Source: a virus
Reading direction: 5' to 3' (one strand)
Length of the DNA: 64,000 nucleotides
Virus record (IMG/VR): IMGVR_UViG_3300042691_027063
Coordinates: 1 to 64,000 of that record
Shown: in pieces, positions 1 through 10,580 of the stretch
How the letters are laid out: the number at the start of each line of letters is the position of its first letter
Position numbering within the stretch: position 1 is the first letter of the stretch
The notes under the pieces: model-generated
What the model saw: the letters and a program-made list of their open reading frames with translations, nothing else
The model's database searches: none
Told to the model about the DNA's origin: nothing
Program-made: the position numbers and the translations under genes

Positions 1-3000
1 GCTTTCGGTATTTTCTATGATGAGCAAGTTGGTGACGCTATTGACGGTATTGACGCAACTCAAACATTTATATTTAGTGGTGACTTAAATACTACCACTT
101 TCCTAGTTACAAACTTCCTTCCTACTCAAGAAAAATTAAAAGTATACGATATCAAAACCGGACAGGTTTACAGATATCCAGCATTTCAAATTAACGGTAA
201 TACAATAACTTTCGATTCTGGAACATTTCTAGTTCCGGGCGAAACTGTTCAGTTAATTTTCGACCAAAGTGAAGGCGCTGCAATTGCCTCTTCTGTAGTA
301 GTAACTGGTACTGGCGGTGGAGCTGGTGACTTAGATACCCTACTTTCTCAAACATTTGACTCTTCTGCTTTGGGTGATTTTACTCAGACTGGTCTTGAGC
401 TTATTACAACAAATCCGTTGAATGGAACTCAGTCAGCTCGTCTTGTTCACCAAGCAGCTTCTAATCGTTCATTTAAACAAACAGTTGCTATTGCGCCTAA
501 ATTCCGTGGCGTAAACATGACAGCTTCTGTTGCAATTCGTTCATCTGCCTCTCAAGGTAACGTAACGATTGCATTCCGTGATGAAACCAACGGCGTTGAC
601 TATCCAAGTCAGCAGCTCCAGACTAACTCACAAGCCATTGCTTCGCTTGTAACAAACTCAACAATTACAGTGTCGGGCTTCTCTAACTCAAGCATTAACA
701 CGCTAAAAGTGGGCATGACCGTTACTGGTTCTGGTATCCAAACAGGTACAAGAATTGCGACTATCAACACTACAGCATTAACCATTACGCTTTCACAAGC
801 CGCTACAGCTTCTGCTACTGTTTCGCTTCGCTTCTCTGATTTGCCACGTACTTTACAACTTGGCTTCAATATTCCAGCAAACTGCTCAAGCTATTCTTAT
901 ACAATTTCTGCATTGCAAGAATCCGGTTCTCCAGAAACTTACATTGATGATGTTGTACTTAAGAACTACTGGCTTGGAATGAGTAATCAGGGACAAAGCA
1001 CCCTTTCTGTTCCAAGCATTACACAGCAATCTCAATACTTAGAACAATCTGGGAGTGTTGGAGTTGCTACAGTAACTGGAGCAGCTACTTCAACGGTTGG
1101 TACTGATATTTTCAGTTACAACTCTGGAACCGGGCTTTACACCGTACTTAAAGATGCTAACTTTACTTTAAATCTTTTGATGCGTAGTGCTTCTGCTGTT
1201 AAAATTGAACCTATTATTGTTGTAAATGGAGTTGATACAATATATAGCTCAAGTGATACCGCCGCAGGAAACTCATTTGCTAACTGCACATATTCTCAAA
1301 CTCTGCCAGTTGGAGCTACGTTCTCCTTTAGAAACTCAGTTGGAACTACAGATGTTAGACGCATTTCAATTAGTGCTGACGCTGTAACAACTTCACAAAT
1401 TACAACAAACGACCTCGTTCCAGCAAAAGCAGTGCTTGGCAACAGCACAATTGATATTCCTAACATGACAGCTTGGCAGGGATATACGCCAGCATTCCAA
1501 GGCTTTGGTACGCCAAGTGCTGTGGAGTTTGAGTGGAGACAAGTTGGAGAAAACGTAGAAATTCGTGGTAAGTTTACTGCTGGAGTAGTAACTACCGCTG
1601 AAGCTCGTGTTGGACTCCCTGTTGGATTAACTTCTGCTGGAACAAGTATTATTCCAAGTTTAACTTTGGCAGGCGATCACGTAAGAAATAACCAAGGCTC
1701 AACATACTTTAGAGGTTCAATATTAATAGAACCATCGGTGTCCTATATCACATTCGGCGCTCAAAGCTCAACTCAAAACGCTTTGACTAAAGTAATTGGG
1801 ACAAACCTTGTAAACAATAGTGACACAGTTTCATTAACTGCCTCTATCCCATGCGCAGGATTGTCAGCTACTGAGCAAATCGTAGTTTCTGGCACTCAAA
1901 GTGCATTGGTGGAAGAGGGTGATAGTAATTTGGAAATGTCGGATAGTTCATCTATTGCTGCAAATGCCATTTATACATTTTCTACAGTTACTAGGTCTAT
2001 AGGCGATGCCATTAGATATGAAAATGCCACAGGTAGATTCTATGCTACAAAAAATGGTACATTCTCAGCTTCGATGTGGGTTACTCCGGCATCTGTTTCT
2101 GGAGTACTACCGCAATTATATAGAGTTGTAAACGGAGCAACTTCTCTAATGTCAAGACAATTAGGAGTAGCTAGTACAGGTGGGATGACTCACGTATCTA
2201 GTTCCTTCTATTTAAATTCTGGGGATTATTTCTATTTTAGCAATGATAACAGTGGAGGGGCTGGTACAGTTCGTCAAATGGGCGTTACATACCAAGGCTC
2301 CCTAAAAGTCCTTAACACCAGCGCTGACCAAAAAATCACTATCCCAACTTCTGAGCTACGCTTTGAAGGTGCTAGTGCTAGAGGTACTGGAACAGAAACA
2401 GCAATTGTTCAATTCACTTCCATGACTAAGATTCGCGGTGATGCTTTCACAGTTGATAACAGTAATGGTACTGCTATTACTATGACGAAAGCTGGTAAAC
2501 TCGATGTGAGTTCTAGTTTAAGGAATAGTAATGGGAGTTGTAGAATATCTAGAAATCAAGCTATTAGAACAGCACTACCGACCTCTTCTGAAACTTTAGC
2601 CGGTGAATCTGGTGTTGCGCTTGATTCTACGATTGCTTGGTCTGGGTTTGTATCAGCCGGAGATGTAATTAGAATTTGTGCAGATAACACACCAACGTCT
2701 GCTGTAGCAAACAACCTAAACCTAGCTTTCCAAGAGCAAGACATTTCTGTTTCTGTAACCAACACATTGCCACAATTCTCGGAGTCTGACTCCTCGGTGA
2801 GAGTTGATACAGCTAATGGGTATGGATCAACCGCTACTAAGATTCGTAGATTTAGCAATATTAGGGATAATGTTGGTACAGATATTGAATACACAGATAG
2901 TGCGGCAAATGGTGCTAGTTTTACGGCAATGTCTAGCGGTATTTATATGATTAGTTATTCTGAACAAACAACATTAAATACAACACCTAGAATCGGTATC

Positions 3001-4644
3001 AGTAAAAATGCGTCATCACTTATTAATAATATTGATGATATATCAGCAAATGAAAGGTTAGCTATTTCTTCTGACGAAGGTGGTTCATCAGCAAGTAAAT
3101 ACATGTCAGTTTCTTGGCAAGGCTACTTGCAATCTGGTGATATAATTAGACCTCATTCTTCTGGACAAACAAATACTGTACCGGGAGGGGTAACATTTAC
3201 AATCTCCAAAGTCGGTAAGCCTAACGTAACTGGCGTAGATGTGACTCCATTTGTGAATGTGTCGCAGCCTGAACAAGGGGCCACTGTTAGAAATTATACA
3301 AGCTTACTGGCATCTAACGTATTTAATTTTAACACGGTTGTTGAGGATAAAAATATTAACAAATTTCTCAGCTACGATCCTACTACAGGTAAATGGACGG
3401 CTCTTAAAAGAGTGACAATTGATGTTTCTTTTTTTGTAATGACTATCAATGGAGTTAGTATATCTATTGATAAAAATGATAGCTCTCTAGCTATATCTGA
3501 TAGTGGAGGGGCTGCTGTAGGAGGATATCACAGAGCAAATGGATCAGCTAAAACGATACTTGAAGCCGGTGAAACTATTAGATTAAGAGCACTGGCAGCT
3601 CCGAGTACAATTTATTCAACCAATTATTTTTCTATAGAGGCTACAGCACTCTCCGACCAAATACTAACAGCACCTGAAACCTTCAGCACAGACACTGCAG
3701 CTTTGCAATATGCAAGCTCTACACAGTACACACTTAGTACTTTGGCGAATGCTCCTGTTGGTACTTTTATTACTTTTGTACACAGTGCAAATTCTAATAC
3801 TAGAACTCAAACAACAGCGAATCCTCCTTCTCAAAGTACTAGCGATATGAATGCAAATGGTATTATTTTGACTACAAGAGCGTATAATGCTGGTAGTAGC
3901 TCTGCTACTCCTTCTGCGTTTGCAATTCAAATTGGTAAAGGACTTAAGGGATTAAGTTTAAATCTTTACAAAAGTTCAGCTAAAACTGGCTCTGGTTCTT
4001 TAGATGGTATTCAATATGCATCTACTACATTTATAGGTGCTGCAGTTAAAAGTTATAACGAAAATACGGGAATACTATACATTGATACTGGATATCAAAC
4101 ATCAACTACAACTTCTGCCAACTTTGTATTTGATGATTTGACAACAGCAACTTCAGGCTACCTCGTAATCAACGCAAGCAAGAATGTTTCGCTCACGGGA
4201 ATGAATATTGAGCGAGTGGCAGCTAGAGGAATTAACACCGCAGGAACAGTAATGAACGCAACTGGTGTAACAATGCCAGTAACTGTTGTATTTGATACTC
4301 ATGGAGCCTTAAACACTAACGGAACTTTTACTGCTCCAGAAACTGGATATTATCAAATATCTGCTTCTATGTATTACTCAAATGCTACCTATGCCGTTGG
4401 TCAGGCTGTATATATTCAGGGTTTCAAAAATGGCGTTTTATACAGTACAAGTATGGTCTTCAGGGTTGGTGCTGCTACAACTACATTTATGGGAGCAGGA
4501 CCATATTCTGATCTAGTATTTTTAGGAAGAGGTGAAACTTTTCAAGTTAGGGGTGTAAACGAAAGAGGGGCTACGGCTCTTGATACTGGAACTACAGTTA
4601 ACTTTTTTTCAATTGCTAAAGTAAATATCGGTAAACAACAATGA
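1..4644 (+). CDS. Large modular tail fibre / receptor-binding protein (5' end lies upstream of the window)
   Basis: Frame is open from base 1 (GCT TTC GGT...), so the 370 start in the ORF track is internal. Ser/Thr/Gly-rich with repeated beta-sandwich modules; C-terminal C1q-like signature (VFDTHGALNTNGTFTAPETGYYQISASM). Confidence 0.75.
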   Translation, partial: AFGIFYDEQVGDAIDGIDATQTFIFSGDLNTTTFLVTNFLPTQEKLKVYDIKTGQVYRYPAFQINGNTITFDSGTFLVPGETVQLIFDQSEGAAIASSVVVTGTGGGAGDLDTLLSQTFDSSALGDFTQTGLELITTNPLNGTQSARLVHQAASNRSFKQTVAIAPKFRGVNMTASVAIRSSASQGNVTIAFRDETNGVDYPSQQLQTNSQAIASLVTNSTITVSGFSNSSINTLKVGMTVTGSGIQTGTRIATINTTALTITLSQAATASATVSLRFSDLPRTLQLGFNIPANCSSYSYTISALQESGSPETYIDDVVLKNYWLGMSNQGQSTLSVPSITQQSQYLEQSGSVGVATVTGAATSTVGTDIFSYNSGTGLYTVLKDANFTLNLLMRSASAVKIEPIIVVNGVDTIYSSSDTAAGNSFANCTYSQTLPVGATFSFRNSVGTTDVRRISISADAVTTSQITTNDLVPAKAVLGNSTIDIPNMTAWQGYTPAFQGFGTPSAVEFEWRQVGENVEIRGKFTAGVVTTAEARVGLPVGLTSAGTSIIPSLTLAGDHVRNNQGSTYFRGSILIEPSVSYITFGAQSSTQNALTKVIGTNLVNNSDTVSLTASIPCAGLSATEQIVVSGTQSALVEEGDSNLEMSDSSSIAANAIYTFSTVTRSIGDAIRYENATGRFYATKNGTFSASMWVTPASVSGVLPQLYRVVNGATSLMSRQLGVASTGGMTHVSSSFYLNSGDYFYFSNDNSGGAGTVRQMGVTYQGSLKVLNTSADQKITIPTSELRFEGASARGTGTETAIVQFTSMTKIRGDAFTVDNSNGTAITMTKAGKLDVSSSLRNSNGSCRISRNQAIRTALPTSSETLAGESGVALDSTIAWSGFVSAGDVIRICADNTPTSAVANNLNLAFQEQDISVSVTNTLPQFSESDSSVRVDTANGYGSTATKIRRFSNIRDNVGTDIEYTDSAANGASFTAMSSGIYMISYSEQTTLNTTPRIGISKNASSLINNIDDISANERLAISSDEGGSSASKYMSVSWQGYLQSGDIIRPHSSGQTNTVPGGVTFTISKVGKPNVTGVDVTPFVNVSQPEQGATVRNYTSLLASNVFNFNTVVEDKNINKFLSYDPTTGKWTALKRVTIDVSFFVMTINGVSISIDKNDSSLAISDSGGAAVGGYHRANGSAKTILEAGETIRLRALAAPSTIYSTNYFSIEATALSDQILTAPETFSTDTAALQYASSTQYTLSTLANAPVGTFITFVHSANSNTRTQTTANPPSQSTSDMNANGIILTTRAYNAGSSSATPSAFAIQIGKGLKGLSLNLYKSSAKTGSGSLDGIQYASTTFIGAAVKSYNENTGILYIDTGYQTSTTTSANFVFDDLTTATSGYLVINASKNVSLTGMNIERVAARGINTAGTVMNATGVTMPVTVVFDTHGALNTNGTFTAPETGYYQISASMYYSNATYAVGQAVYIQGFKNGVLYSTSMVFRVGAATTTFMGAGPYSDLVFLGRGETFQVRGVNERGATALDTGTTVNFFSIAKVNIGKQQ

Positions 4645-5366
4645 AATGGCTAGTATATCTACACTATAGATTAGACACTGGAGAATGTTTTTACATTGGT
4701 AAAGGTACTGAAAAACGTGCCCGAGCTAGGGATTGTCGCAATCCTATTTGGAAACGTATAGAAGCAAAAGCTGGTAGAAAAGTAGTAATTGTGCAATTTT
4801 TTGAAAAAGAGCAAGACGCTTTAGATTTTGAAGTTGACTTAATAGCTCGTTATAAACCTATCGCAAATATTTCTGCTGGTGGAGAAGGTGTTTCTGGCTT
4901 AAGGCACACAGAAGAAACAAAAGAAAAGTGTAGACAAGCTACTCTGAAACTAAGACAAGATTCAAAATGGCTTGAAAAAAACCTTAATAATATGAAAGAA
5001 GCTGTTTCTAAACCAGAATCAAAATCTAAAGTTTCAAAAGCTAGAAAAGCCTTCTTTAAAAATGAGCAAAATAGAAAGCACATGTCCATAAAGCAATCTG
5101 AGTTTATCAAAAATAATCCAGAACGTAATGCTAAAAGACAACAACTATCTATAGAAGCTAAACAAACTCCTGAGTATAGATTGCTATCATCAAGAGTTCA
5201 AGGCGGAAGAGATTTTTTAGTATTTAAAAATGGTAAATTAATTACAGAAGCTAGTATTCTTAATCAATTTGCTAGAGAACATAATTTACATGCTGCTGCA
5301 ATTCATCGTTGTTTAACTGGCAAACAAAAAGAACATAAAGGTTATACATTTAAATACAAGGACTAA
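4641..5366 (+). CDS. Free-standing GIY-YIG homing endonuclease with NUMOD3- and NUMOD1-like DNA-binding modules
   Basis: N-terminal LVYLH...FYIGKG, then R, E and N catalytic-type residues; SGLRHTEETKEK (NUMOD3-like); C-terminal IHRCLTGKQKEHKGYTFKY (NUMOD1/IENR1-like). Confidence 0.85.
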   Translation: MKWLVYLHYRLDTGECFYIGKGTEKRARARDCRNPIWKRIEAKAGRKVVIVQFFEKEQDALDFEVDLIARYKPIANISAGGEGVSGLRHTEETKEKCRQATLKLRQDSKWLEKNLNNMKEAVSKPESKSKVSKARKAFFKNEQNRKHMSIKQSEFIKNNPERNAKRQQLSIEAKQTPEYRLLSSRVQGGRDFLVFKNGKLITEASILNQFAREHNLHAAAIHRCLTGKQKEHKGYTFKYKD

Positions 5367-5369
5367 TAT

Positions 5370-5858
5370 ATGATTAAAATATCTATCAAAAAACAAGAAC
5401 AGATTACTAACCAAGGGCTTTTTCCAACAATGGAAGAAGCTCAAGCTTGGCTTGACAAGCACGAAGGTATGGGTACTTTTGGACAGAAAGCTATCTTTCA
5501 AGAGCAAGATGTTCTTGTAGCAGAAGAAGTTCGTGGTCCAGTTCAGGAACTTGCAACTCCGGCAGTTTATGATAACAATGGAAATGAGCTAGAACCAGCC
5601 ACATACACTCTAAATCCAGATGGAGTTATATCTCCTGCTATTTACGAGCGTAGAATTGTTATGGTTTCTCCTGCTCAGTATGAAGTTGTAATTGAGGATA
5701 TTTCTGCTCAAATTGCACAGGAAGAAGTTAATAAAGAAGCTCTTGAATTTCTTGCTAGTACTGACTGGATGATTGTCCGAGAAATGGAAACGGGTGTTGC
5801 TTGTCCAGCAGAAATTAAACAACAAAGAGCTGCTGCTAGAGCTAGAATTGTAAGATAA
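5370..5858 (+). CDS. Tail fibre assembly chaperone-like protein
   Basis: C-terminal LASTDW...P.EIKQQRAAAR motif typical of tail-fibre chaperones; lies just after the fibre gene. Confidence 0.55.
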   Translation: MIKISIKKQEQITNQGLFPTMEEAQAWLDKHEGMGTFGQKAIFQEQDVLVAEEVRGPVQELATPAVYDNNGNELEPATYTLNPDGVISPAIYERRIVMVSPAQYEVVIEDISAQIAQEEVNKEALEFLASTDWMIVREMETGVACPAEIKQQRAAARARIVR

Positions 5859-5870
5859 TAAGGAATAAAC

Positions 5871-6557
5871 ATGTCTCATCAAGAGCTTGTATATGGCTTA
5901 AATAAAACAGTCACTGGACCGGGTTCTCTCGGTATTGGTGATGTTAAAGATGAGTTTAAAGTCCGTTTTGTGATTTCTAATGCCACTCTAGCTAATGTTG
6001 TTAGAGTTCGGGCTAGAATTACTGGACAGGATATTTGGACAACAATTGTCGATTTAAATGGAAATGCAAATCAGTTGGTTGATGTATATGGATACGACCA
6101 AATTGAAGTAATTGTTCTTGTTTACTCTCCATCTGGTAACTACGTTAGAGTTGTTGCTCAAAGTTACGATGGTGCAAATGCTGCTATTAATATCGGTGGC
6201 AACCTTGTTGGGATAGCTGGAGAAATTAGCTTTATTTCTAGCGATTCTAGCGTTGAGATTGTTGCTGATCCTCAACAGGGAACAATTGATTTTAAAGCAA
6301 TAGGTGCTGCAGGGTCTTCTCCTTTTAAGCAAGAATTCCTTGTAAGTGACTGGGTTTCAGTTGGAAGTTTTTATGAGCTAACAATTTCTTCTGCAACTCA
6401 TGGAAAAACTGGTCCATCTGTTGAGATATACGAGTTAACTGGTGGAATTTATGAAGAAGTTGATGCGTCTATTACAGTAGATGCTTCAAATAATGTAATT
6501 ATTAATGTACCACAAACCCCAGACTTGCGCTTTGCTGGAAGGGTTATAATTATCTAA
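5871..6557 (+). CDS. Putative virion structural protein
   Basis: Beta-rich 228-aa ORF with AGGA RBS inside the structural module. Confidence 0.5.
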   Translation: MSHQELVYGLNKTVTGPGSLGIGDVKDEFKVRFVISNATLANVVRVRARITGQDIWTTIVDLNGNANQLVDVYGYDQIEVIVLVYSPSGNYVRVVAQSYDGANAAINIGGNLVGIAGEISFISSDSSVEIVADPQQGTIDFKAIGAAGSSPFKQEFLVSDWVSVGSFYELTISSATHGKTGPSVEIYELTGGIYEEVDASITVDASNNVIINVPQTPDLRFAGRVIII

Positions 6558-6567
6558 AGGAGATATT

Positions 6568-8511
6568 ATGTCAGATCAAAAGTTTAAAAGTAAAGTGCGT
6601 TTACAAGGAGGAGCCGTCCTTCCTCAATTGAGCACAGAAAAGGCATTGATTATCGATGCTAACGGGGAGATTGCTGATAGTTTAACGTCAGTTGCCGAAC
6701 TCGAAACCCTCTCAGGTGTTACTGGTCCAGTTCAAGATCAGTTAGATGACAAAGCACAGACCGATTTATCGAATCTTGTCACAGCTACAAGTGATATTAT
6801 AATTGATAGCAATGCAAACTTAAATCTTTCTGGTGATAAAATTTACATCACTTCAGATAATGCTGATCCAGAAGGTCCAGAAGTTTGGGTTCAGGGTCGA
6901 ATTTTAGCATCTAGCGATCTTACATTTACAAAAGCTGGTGCTAGTCCAATCGTAATTAGCGGCTTTGACGTTTTCGATGCTGCTGGACAGAGTGCTTCTC
7001 AAAGCTCTGAGATTTCAATTGCAACTGGTAATATTACAGACGCAACTTTAACTACAGAAGATATCCCGTCTGGTGATGTATCGATCAAAACTGGTGATGT
7101 TTCAGAAGGTGCTGGAATTTCTGGAGATATTAGCCTAGTCACTGGTCAATCAGTAAACGGTCGTGGTAATATCACTCTCGATGCTAACCAAGTTCTTGTA
7201 ACTACTAGCATAAATATGAGTGCTAACCAGATTAAAGACCTTGCTGACGCGACTGATCCAACAGATGCAGTAACAAAGCAACAGCTTGATGCACACATCA
7301 ATGCTGCTTCTGATGCACACGATGCTTCTGCTATCTCTGTATCTCCATCTGGAAACCTAGCTGCCACAGACGTTCAAGCTGCTCTTGTTGAGCTTCAGAG
7401 TGACGTAGACAGTCGAATTCTTAGCTCAGAGAAGGGTGCTGCTAATGGTGTAGCAACTCTTGATGCTGGCGGTAAAGTTCCTGTTTCTCAGCTTCCTAAC
7501 TCTGTAATGGAGTACCAGGGTGCTTGGAATGCTTCTACAAATACTCCATCTCTTTCTGATGGAACTGGTAACGCAGGTGACGTTTATCGTGTATCTGTTG
7601 CTGGTACGCCAACTGGATTCTCTGATCCAAGTATGTCTACAGCTTTTGCTGTTGGTGACTTTGTAATCTACTCTGGTTCTGTATGGCAAAAAGCTCCGGC
7701 TTCAGATGCAGTAATTTCTGTATTTGGTCGCCAAGGTGTTGTAACTGCTCAGTCTGGTGATTACTCTGCTTCTCAAATCACAAATACACCCGCTGGAAAC
7801 ATTTCTGCTACAGATGTTCAAGCTGCAATTAACGAACTCGATTCTGAAAAGTTTGCATCTGCTGACTTCGATTCAAGTTTCGATGCTCGTCTTGCAACAA
7901 AAACAACTGCCGACTTGACAGAAGGAACTTCTCTCTACTTCACAGAAGAAAGAGCTCAAGATGCAGTTGGTACAATTCTTGCAGATACCGATACTATCAA
8001 CCTGACTTATACCGATGGTACTCCAGAAATCAAAGCTGATGTAAAAACTCAACAATCTATTACTTCAGATGCTTCTGGTATTAAGCTTGTTGGTGACGCT
8101 GCTGCTCCTGGTAACTCAAAATACTACGGTACAGATTCTTCTGGAACTAAAGGATTTCACGATCTTCCAACAGGTGGATCAGCTAATGATATCCAAGAAG
8201 ACTCTTTTGCTATTGCCAACAATCAAGTTTCTGCAGCTAACGTAACTGGTCTTGCTTTTGCAGCCAACGTTCGTAGCTTCAAAGCTCTTGTCAGCGTTGA
8301 AATCGACGCAACTCTTGATCTTTTTGAAACTTTCGAACTTGTTGGTATTAAAAAGGGTGCTGGCTTTGAAATGGCTCAAAGTGCAGTTGGTGACGAGTCT
8401 GGTATAGTATTTACTATTACATCTGGCGGTCAAGTTCAATATACTTCTTCTAACTACGCTGGATTTGTTTCTGGAACTATCCGCTTCAGAGCAATAACAA
8501 CTAGCTTCTAA
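6568..8511 (+). CDS. Putative fibre/decoration structural protein
   Basis: Fibre-type motifs DLADATDPTDAVTKQQLD, GVATLDAGGKVP, VISVFGRQGVV, DLTEGTSLYFT; internal repeat P.GN..ATDVQAA; AGGAG RBS. Confidence 0.6.
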   Translation: MSDQKFKSKVRLQGGAVLPQLSTEKALIIDANGEIADSLTSVAELETLSGVTGPVQDQLDDKAQTDLSNLVTATSDIIIDSNANLNLSGDKIYITSDNADPEGPEVWVQGRILASSDLTFTKAGASPIVISGFDVFDAAGQSASQSSEISIATGNITDATLTTEDIPSGDVSIKTGDVSEGAGISGDISLVTGQSVNGRGNITLDANQVLVTTSINMSANQIKDLADATDPTDAVTKQQLDAHINAASDAHDASAISVSPSGNLAATDVQAALVELQSDVDSRILSSEKGAANGVATLDAGGKVPVSQLPNSVMEYQGAWNASTNTPSLSDGTGNAGDVYRVSVAGTPTGFSDPSMSTAFAVGDFVIYSGSVWQKAPASDAVISVFGRQGVVTAQSGDYSASQITNTPAGNISATDVQAAINELDSEKFASADFDSSFDARLATKTTADLTEGTSLYFTEERAQDAVGTILADTDTINLTYTDGTPEIKADVKTQQSITSDASGIKLVGDAAAPGNSKYYGTDSSGTKGFHDLPTGGSANDIQEDSFAIANNQVSAANVTGLAFAANVRSFKALVSVEIDATLDLFETFELVGIKKGAGFEMAQSAVGDESGIVFTITSGGQVQYTSSNYAGFVSGTIRFRAITTSF

Positions 8512-8693
8512 TGAAGTATTCAAAGCTTAAGAAAACAATTGGGCGTACAGCAGACGGGTCGGTTCCAACCGATCCTGAGCTGTATGCTCGTGTTAAAGCT
8601 GAAGCTAAGAAGAAGTTTGATAGATTTCCTTCGGCATACGCAAGTAGCTGGATTGTAAAGGAATATAAATCTCGTGGAGGGAAATACCGATGA
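8511..8693 (+). CDS. Small basic virus-conserved protein (N-terminal half of a DUF5872-like pair)
   Basis: LYARVKAEAKKKF..FPSAYAS.WIVKEYK.RGGKY motif; family name recalled, not searched. Confidence 0.55.
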   Translation: MKYSKLKKTIGRTADGSVPTDPELYARVKAEAKKKFDRFPSAYASSWIVKEYKSRGGKYR

Positions 8694-8950
8694 AAAAGGG
8701 TGGCTTAAAACGCTGGCATGCTGAAAAGTGGACCCTGGCTGATGGGTCAGAATGTGGCTCAAATAAAGATAAGAAAAACCCTGGAAAATGTCGTCCTTCT
8801 GTCAGAGTAAATGAAGATACTCCTAAGACCTGGGGAGAATTGTCCGAGTCAGAAAAAGCTAAGGCTAAAAGAGATAAAGCCCAGGCTAACAAGAAAAATC
8901 AACAATTTGGAAAGCTTCGTTTTATGCTTAAGCGAAGAAATAAAGATTAA
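8690..8950 (+). CDS. Small basic virus-conserved protein (C-terminal half of a DUF5872-like pair)
   Basis: GLKRW..EKW...CG...KCRPS.RV...TPKT..EL motif; ATGA overlap with the previous ORF. Confidence 0.55.
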   Translation: MKKGGLKRWHAEKWTLADGSECGSNKDKKNPGKCRPSVRVNEDTPKTWGELSESEKAKAKRDKAQANKKNQQFGKLRFMLKRRNKD

Positions 8951-8967
8951 CAACTTAGGGTAGAAAC
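8947..8967 (+). promoter_or_regulatory. Candidate phage late-promoter motif, copy 1 (TTAACAACTTA-N2-3-TAGAAAC)
   Basis: TTAACAACTTAGGGTAGAAAC at a gene junction; near-identical copies at 18177 and 63778 and a partial copy at 15641, all upstream of + strand genes. Confidence 0.6.
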
Positions 8968-9000
8968 ATTCACTACTCATTGCAATGGGAGATGTAAGTA

Positions 9001-9354
9001 ATGAAAAAGATTAGCGGAAATGCACAGAAGGCAAAACTTACTGCGCTTAGAGAGGCTAACAAGATGGCTCGCGATATGATGAAAGAAGACCTTTCTGGTC
9101 TTAAGAAAGTCACAATCGCTTCTGACTCCAAAGAGGGTCTTAAAGCTGGTCTTGAAAAAGCTGAAGAAATGATGGAAGGTGGGGAAGAAGAGGAAAAAGA
9201 TTGCTCTGAGTGCCCTGGCTGTCCTGAGTGTGAAGGCAAAGAAGAGTCTGAGGATTCTGAAGAAATGGAAGATGAGTCTGAAATGGACGAATCTGACATC
9301 GATGCCCAGATTGCTGAGCTTATGAAAATGAAGGAAAAGCTTAAGAAAGCCTAA
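9001..9354 (+). CDS. Acidic hypothetical protein with CxxCxxCxxC
   Basis: ORF track; Glu/Asp-rich C-terminal half; GGAG RBS. Confidence 0.6.
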   Translation: MKKISGNAQKAKLTALREANKMARDMMKEDLSGLKKVTIASDSKEGLKAGLEKAEEMMEGGEEEEKDCSECPGCPECEGKEESEDSEEMEDESEMDESDIDAQIAELMKMKEKLKKA

Positions 9355-9380
9355 CTCCTTCTCTGATACAGGAGTTGACA

Positions 9381-10580
9381 ATGGCTATTAAGCCCTACTA
9401 TACTTCAAATACTCTTATTGAAGCCGTCAAAAGAAAGATGGCTTTTCCTATTTCTCAAGTTACTTTTAGTAATGAGGATATTCTTCGTTTTGCTGATGAA
9501 GAGATGATGCTTGCTCAGGTTCCAAGCATTCTTCAATTCCACGAAGAGTATTTTGTACATACTCAAGAGGTTGCTTTGGTTCCAGGTAAGTCTAGGTATC
9601 CCATTCCTAGTCGTGCTATTGGGATGAAATTGCGTGATCTTTTCTTTAAAGATACACAAGGTCAACTTATTGAAATGTCTAAGGTTAATCCAGATGATCG
9701 TGCTTTATTTCAAGCAGAAAATTCGGTTAATCCAAACCCAGTTTATTACTATGTGGAAAATAATTCAATTATCTTGGTTCCAGAGGTTTCTCAAAACCCA
9801 CAAGGGTCTTTAGTTTTTTCTTATTACCTAAGACCGAACTCTCTTGTAACTGACGATAAAGCGGCGATTTGTTCTTCATTTTCCAAGACAATCACATTTG
9901 ATAATTCTAATTTAGTTGCTGGTGATTCTGTTACTGTAGATCAAATTACCGCGATCGCTGGTACTGATTTTGCAATTGGAACAAACAGTTCAATCACTGC
10001 GACAAATTTTACATCTTACTTAAACTCCCTTTCTGATCCAGATTTTACAGCGACAGTTGCTGGTTCAATCTGCACAATTACATACATTTCAAGATCAGTC
10101 AAAGTTTCATCTTCTTCAGCGGGAATGATTGTTCAAAGCTCTCTTACAATTAATTGCCCTTCTGTTCCATCTGAAATAACTGGTGGAAAACTTGTTGATT
10201 TCTTGCAAGCAGAAGCTGGACATTCAACATACTCCTTTGATGTAAAATTACCTCTAAACGCTGTTTCTGGAACAACAATAACTCTTTCTGAGTCCTTGAT
10301 TCCGGCTGACTTTGTTCCTGGTGATTATATTTGTCTTCAGTATGAGTGTATTATTCCACAGGTTCCTACTGATTTACATAACTTGTTAGCAGAAAGAACT
10401 TGTGCTAGAATTCTTGAGGCACTTGGGGATCAGGCTGGTCTTCAAACTGCAAACGCTAAGATTAGAGAGCTAGAAGGTTCTCAAGCTATGGTTCTAGATA
10501 ACCGAGTTGAGGGAAGTCCACAAAAAGTTCTTAATCGCCACAGCCTTTTACGATACGGAAAAATTAGACGAGGTAGATAA
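9381..10580 (+). CDS. Head-tail adaptor / tail tubular protein A-like
   Basis: AGGAG RBS favours the ATG at 9381. Helical N- and C-termini flank a beta region (GKSRYPIPSRAIG); lies directly upstream of the nozzle-like gene. Confidence 0.55.
   Translation: MAIKPYYTSNTLIEAVKRKMAFPISQVTFSNEDILRFADEEMMLAQVPSILQFHEEYFVHTQEVALVPGKSRYPIPSRAIGMKLRDLFFKDTQGQLIEMSKVNPDDRALFQAENSVNPNPVYYYVENNSIILVPEVSQNPQGSLVFSYYLRPNSLVTDDKAAICSSFSKTITFDNSNLVAGDSVTVDQITAIAGTDFAIGTNSSITATNFTSYLNSLSDPDFTATVAGSICTITYISRSVKVSSSSAGMIVQSSLTINCPSVPSEITGGKLVDFLQAEAGHSTYSFDVKLPLNAVSGTTITLSESLIPADFVPGDYICLQYECIIPQVPTDLHNLLAERTCARILEALGDQAGLQTANAKIRELEGSQAMVLDNRVEGSPQKVLNRHSLLRYGKIRRGR

Noticed and set aside
4641-5366. Intron-encoded status of the GIY-YIG (and of the HNH at 34445-35029)
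   Set aside because: Both abut or overlap complete neighbouring genes, leaving no room for intron core sequence, so they are free-standing.
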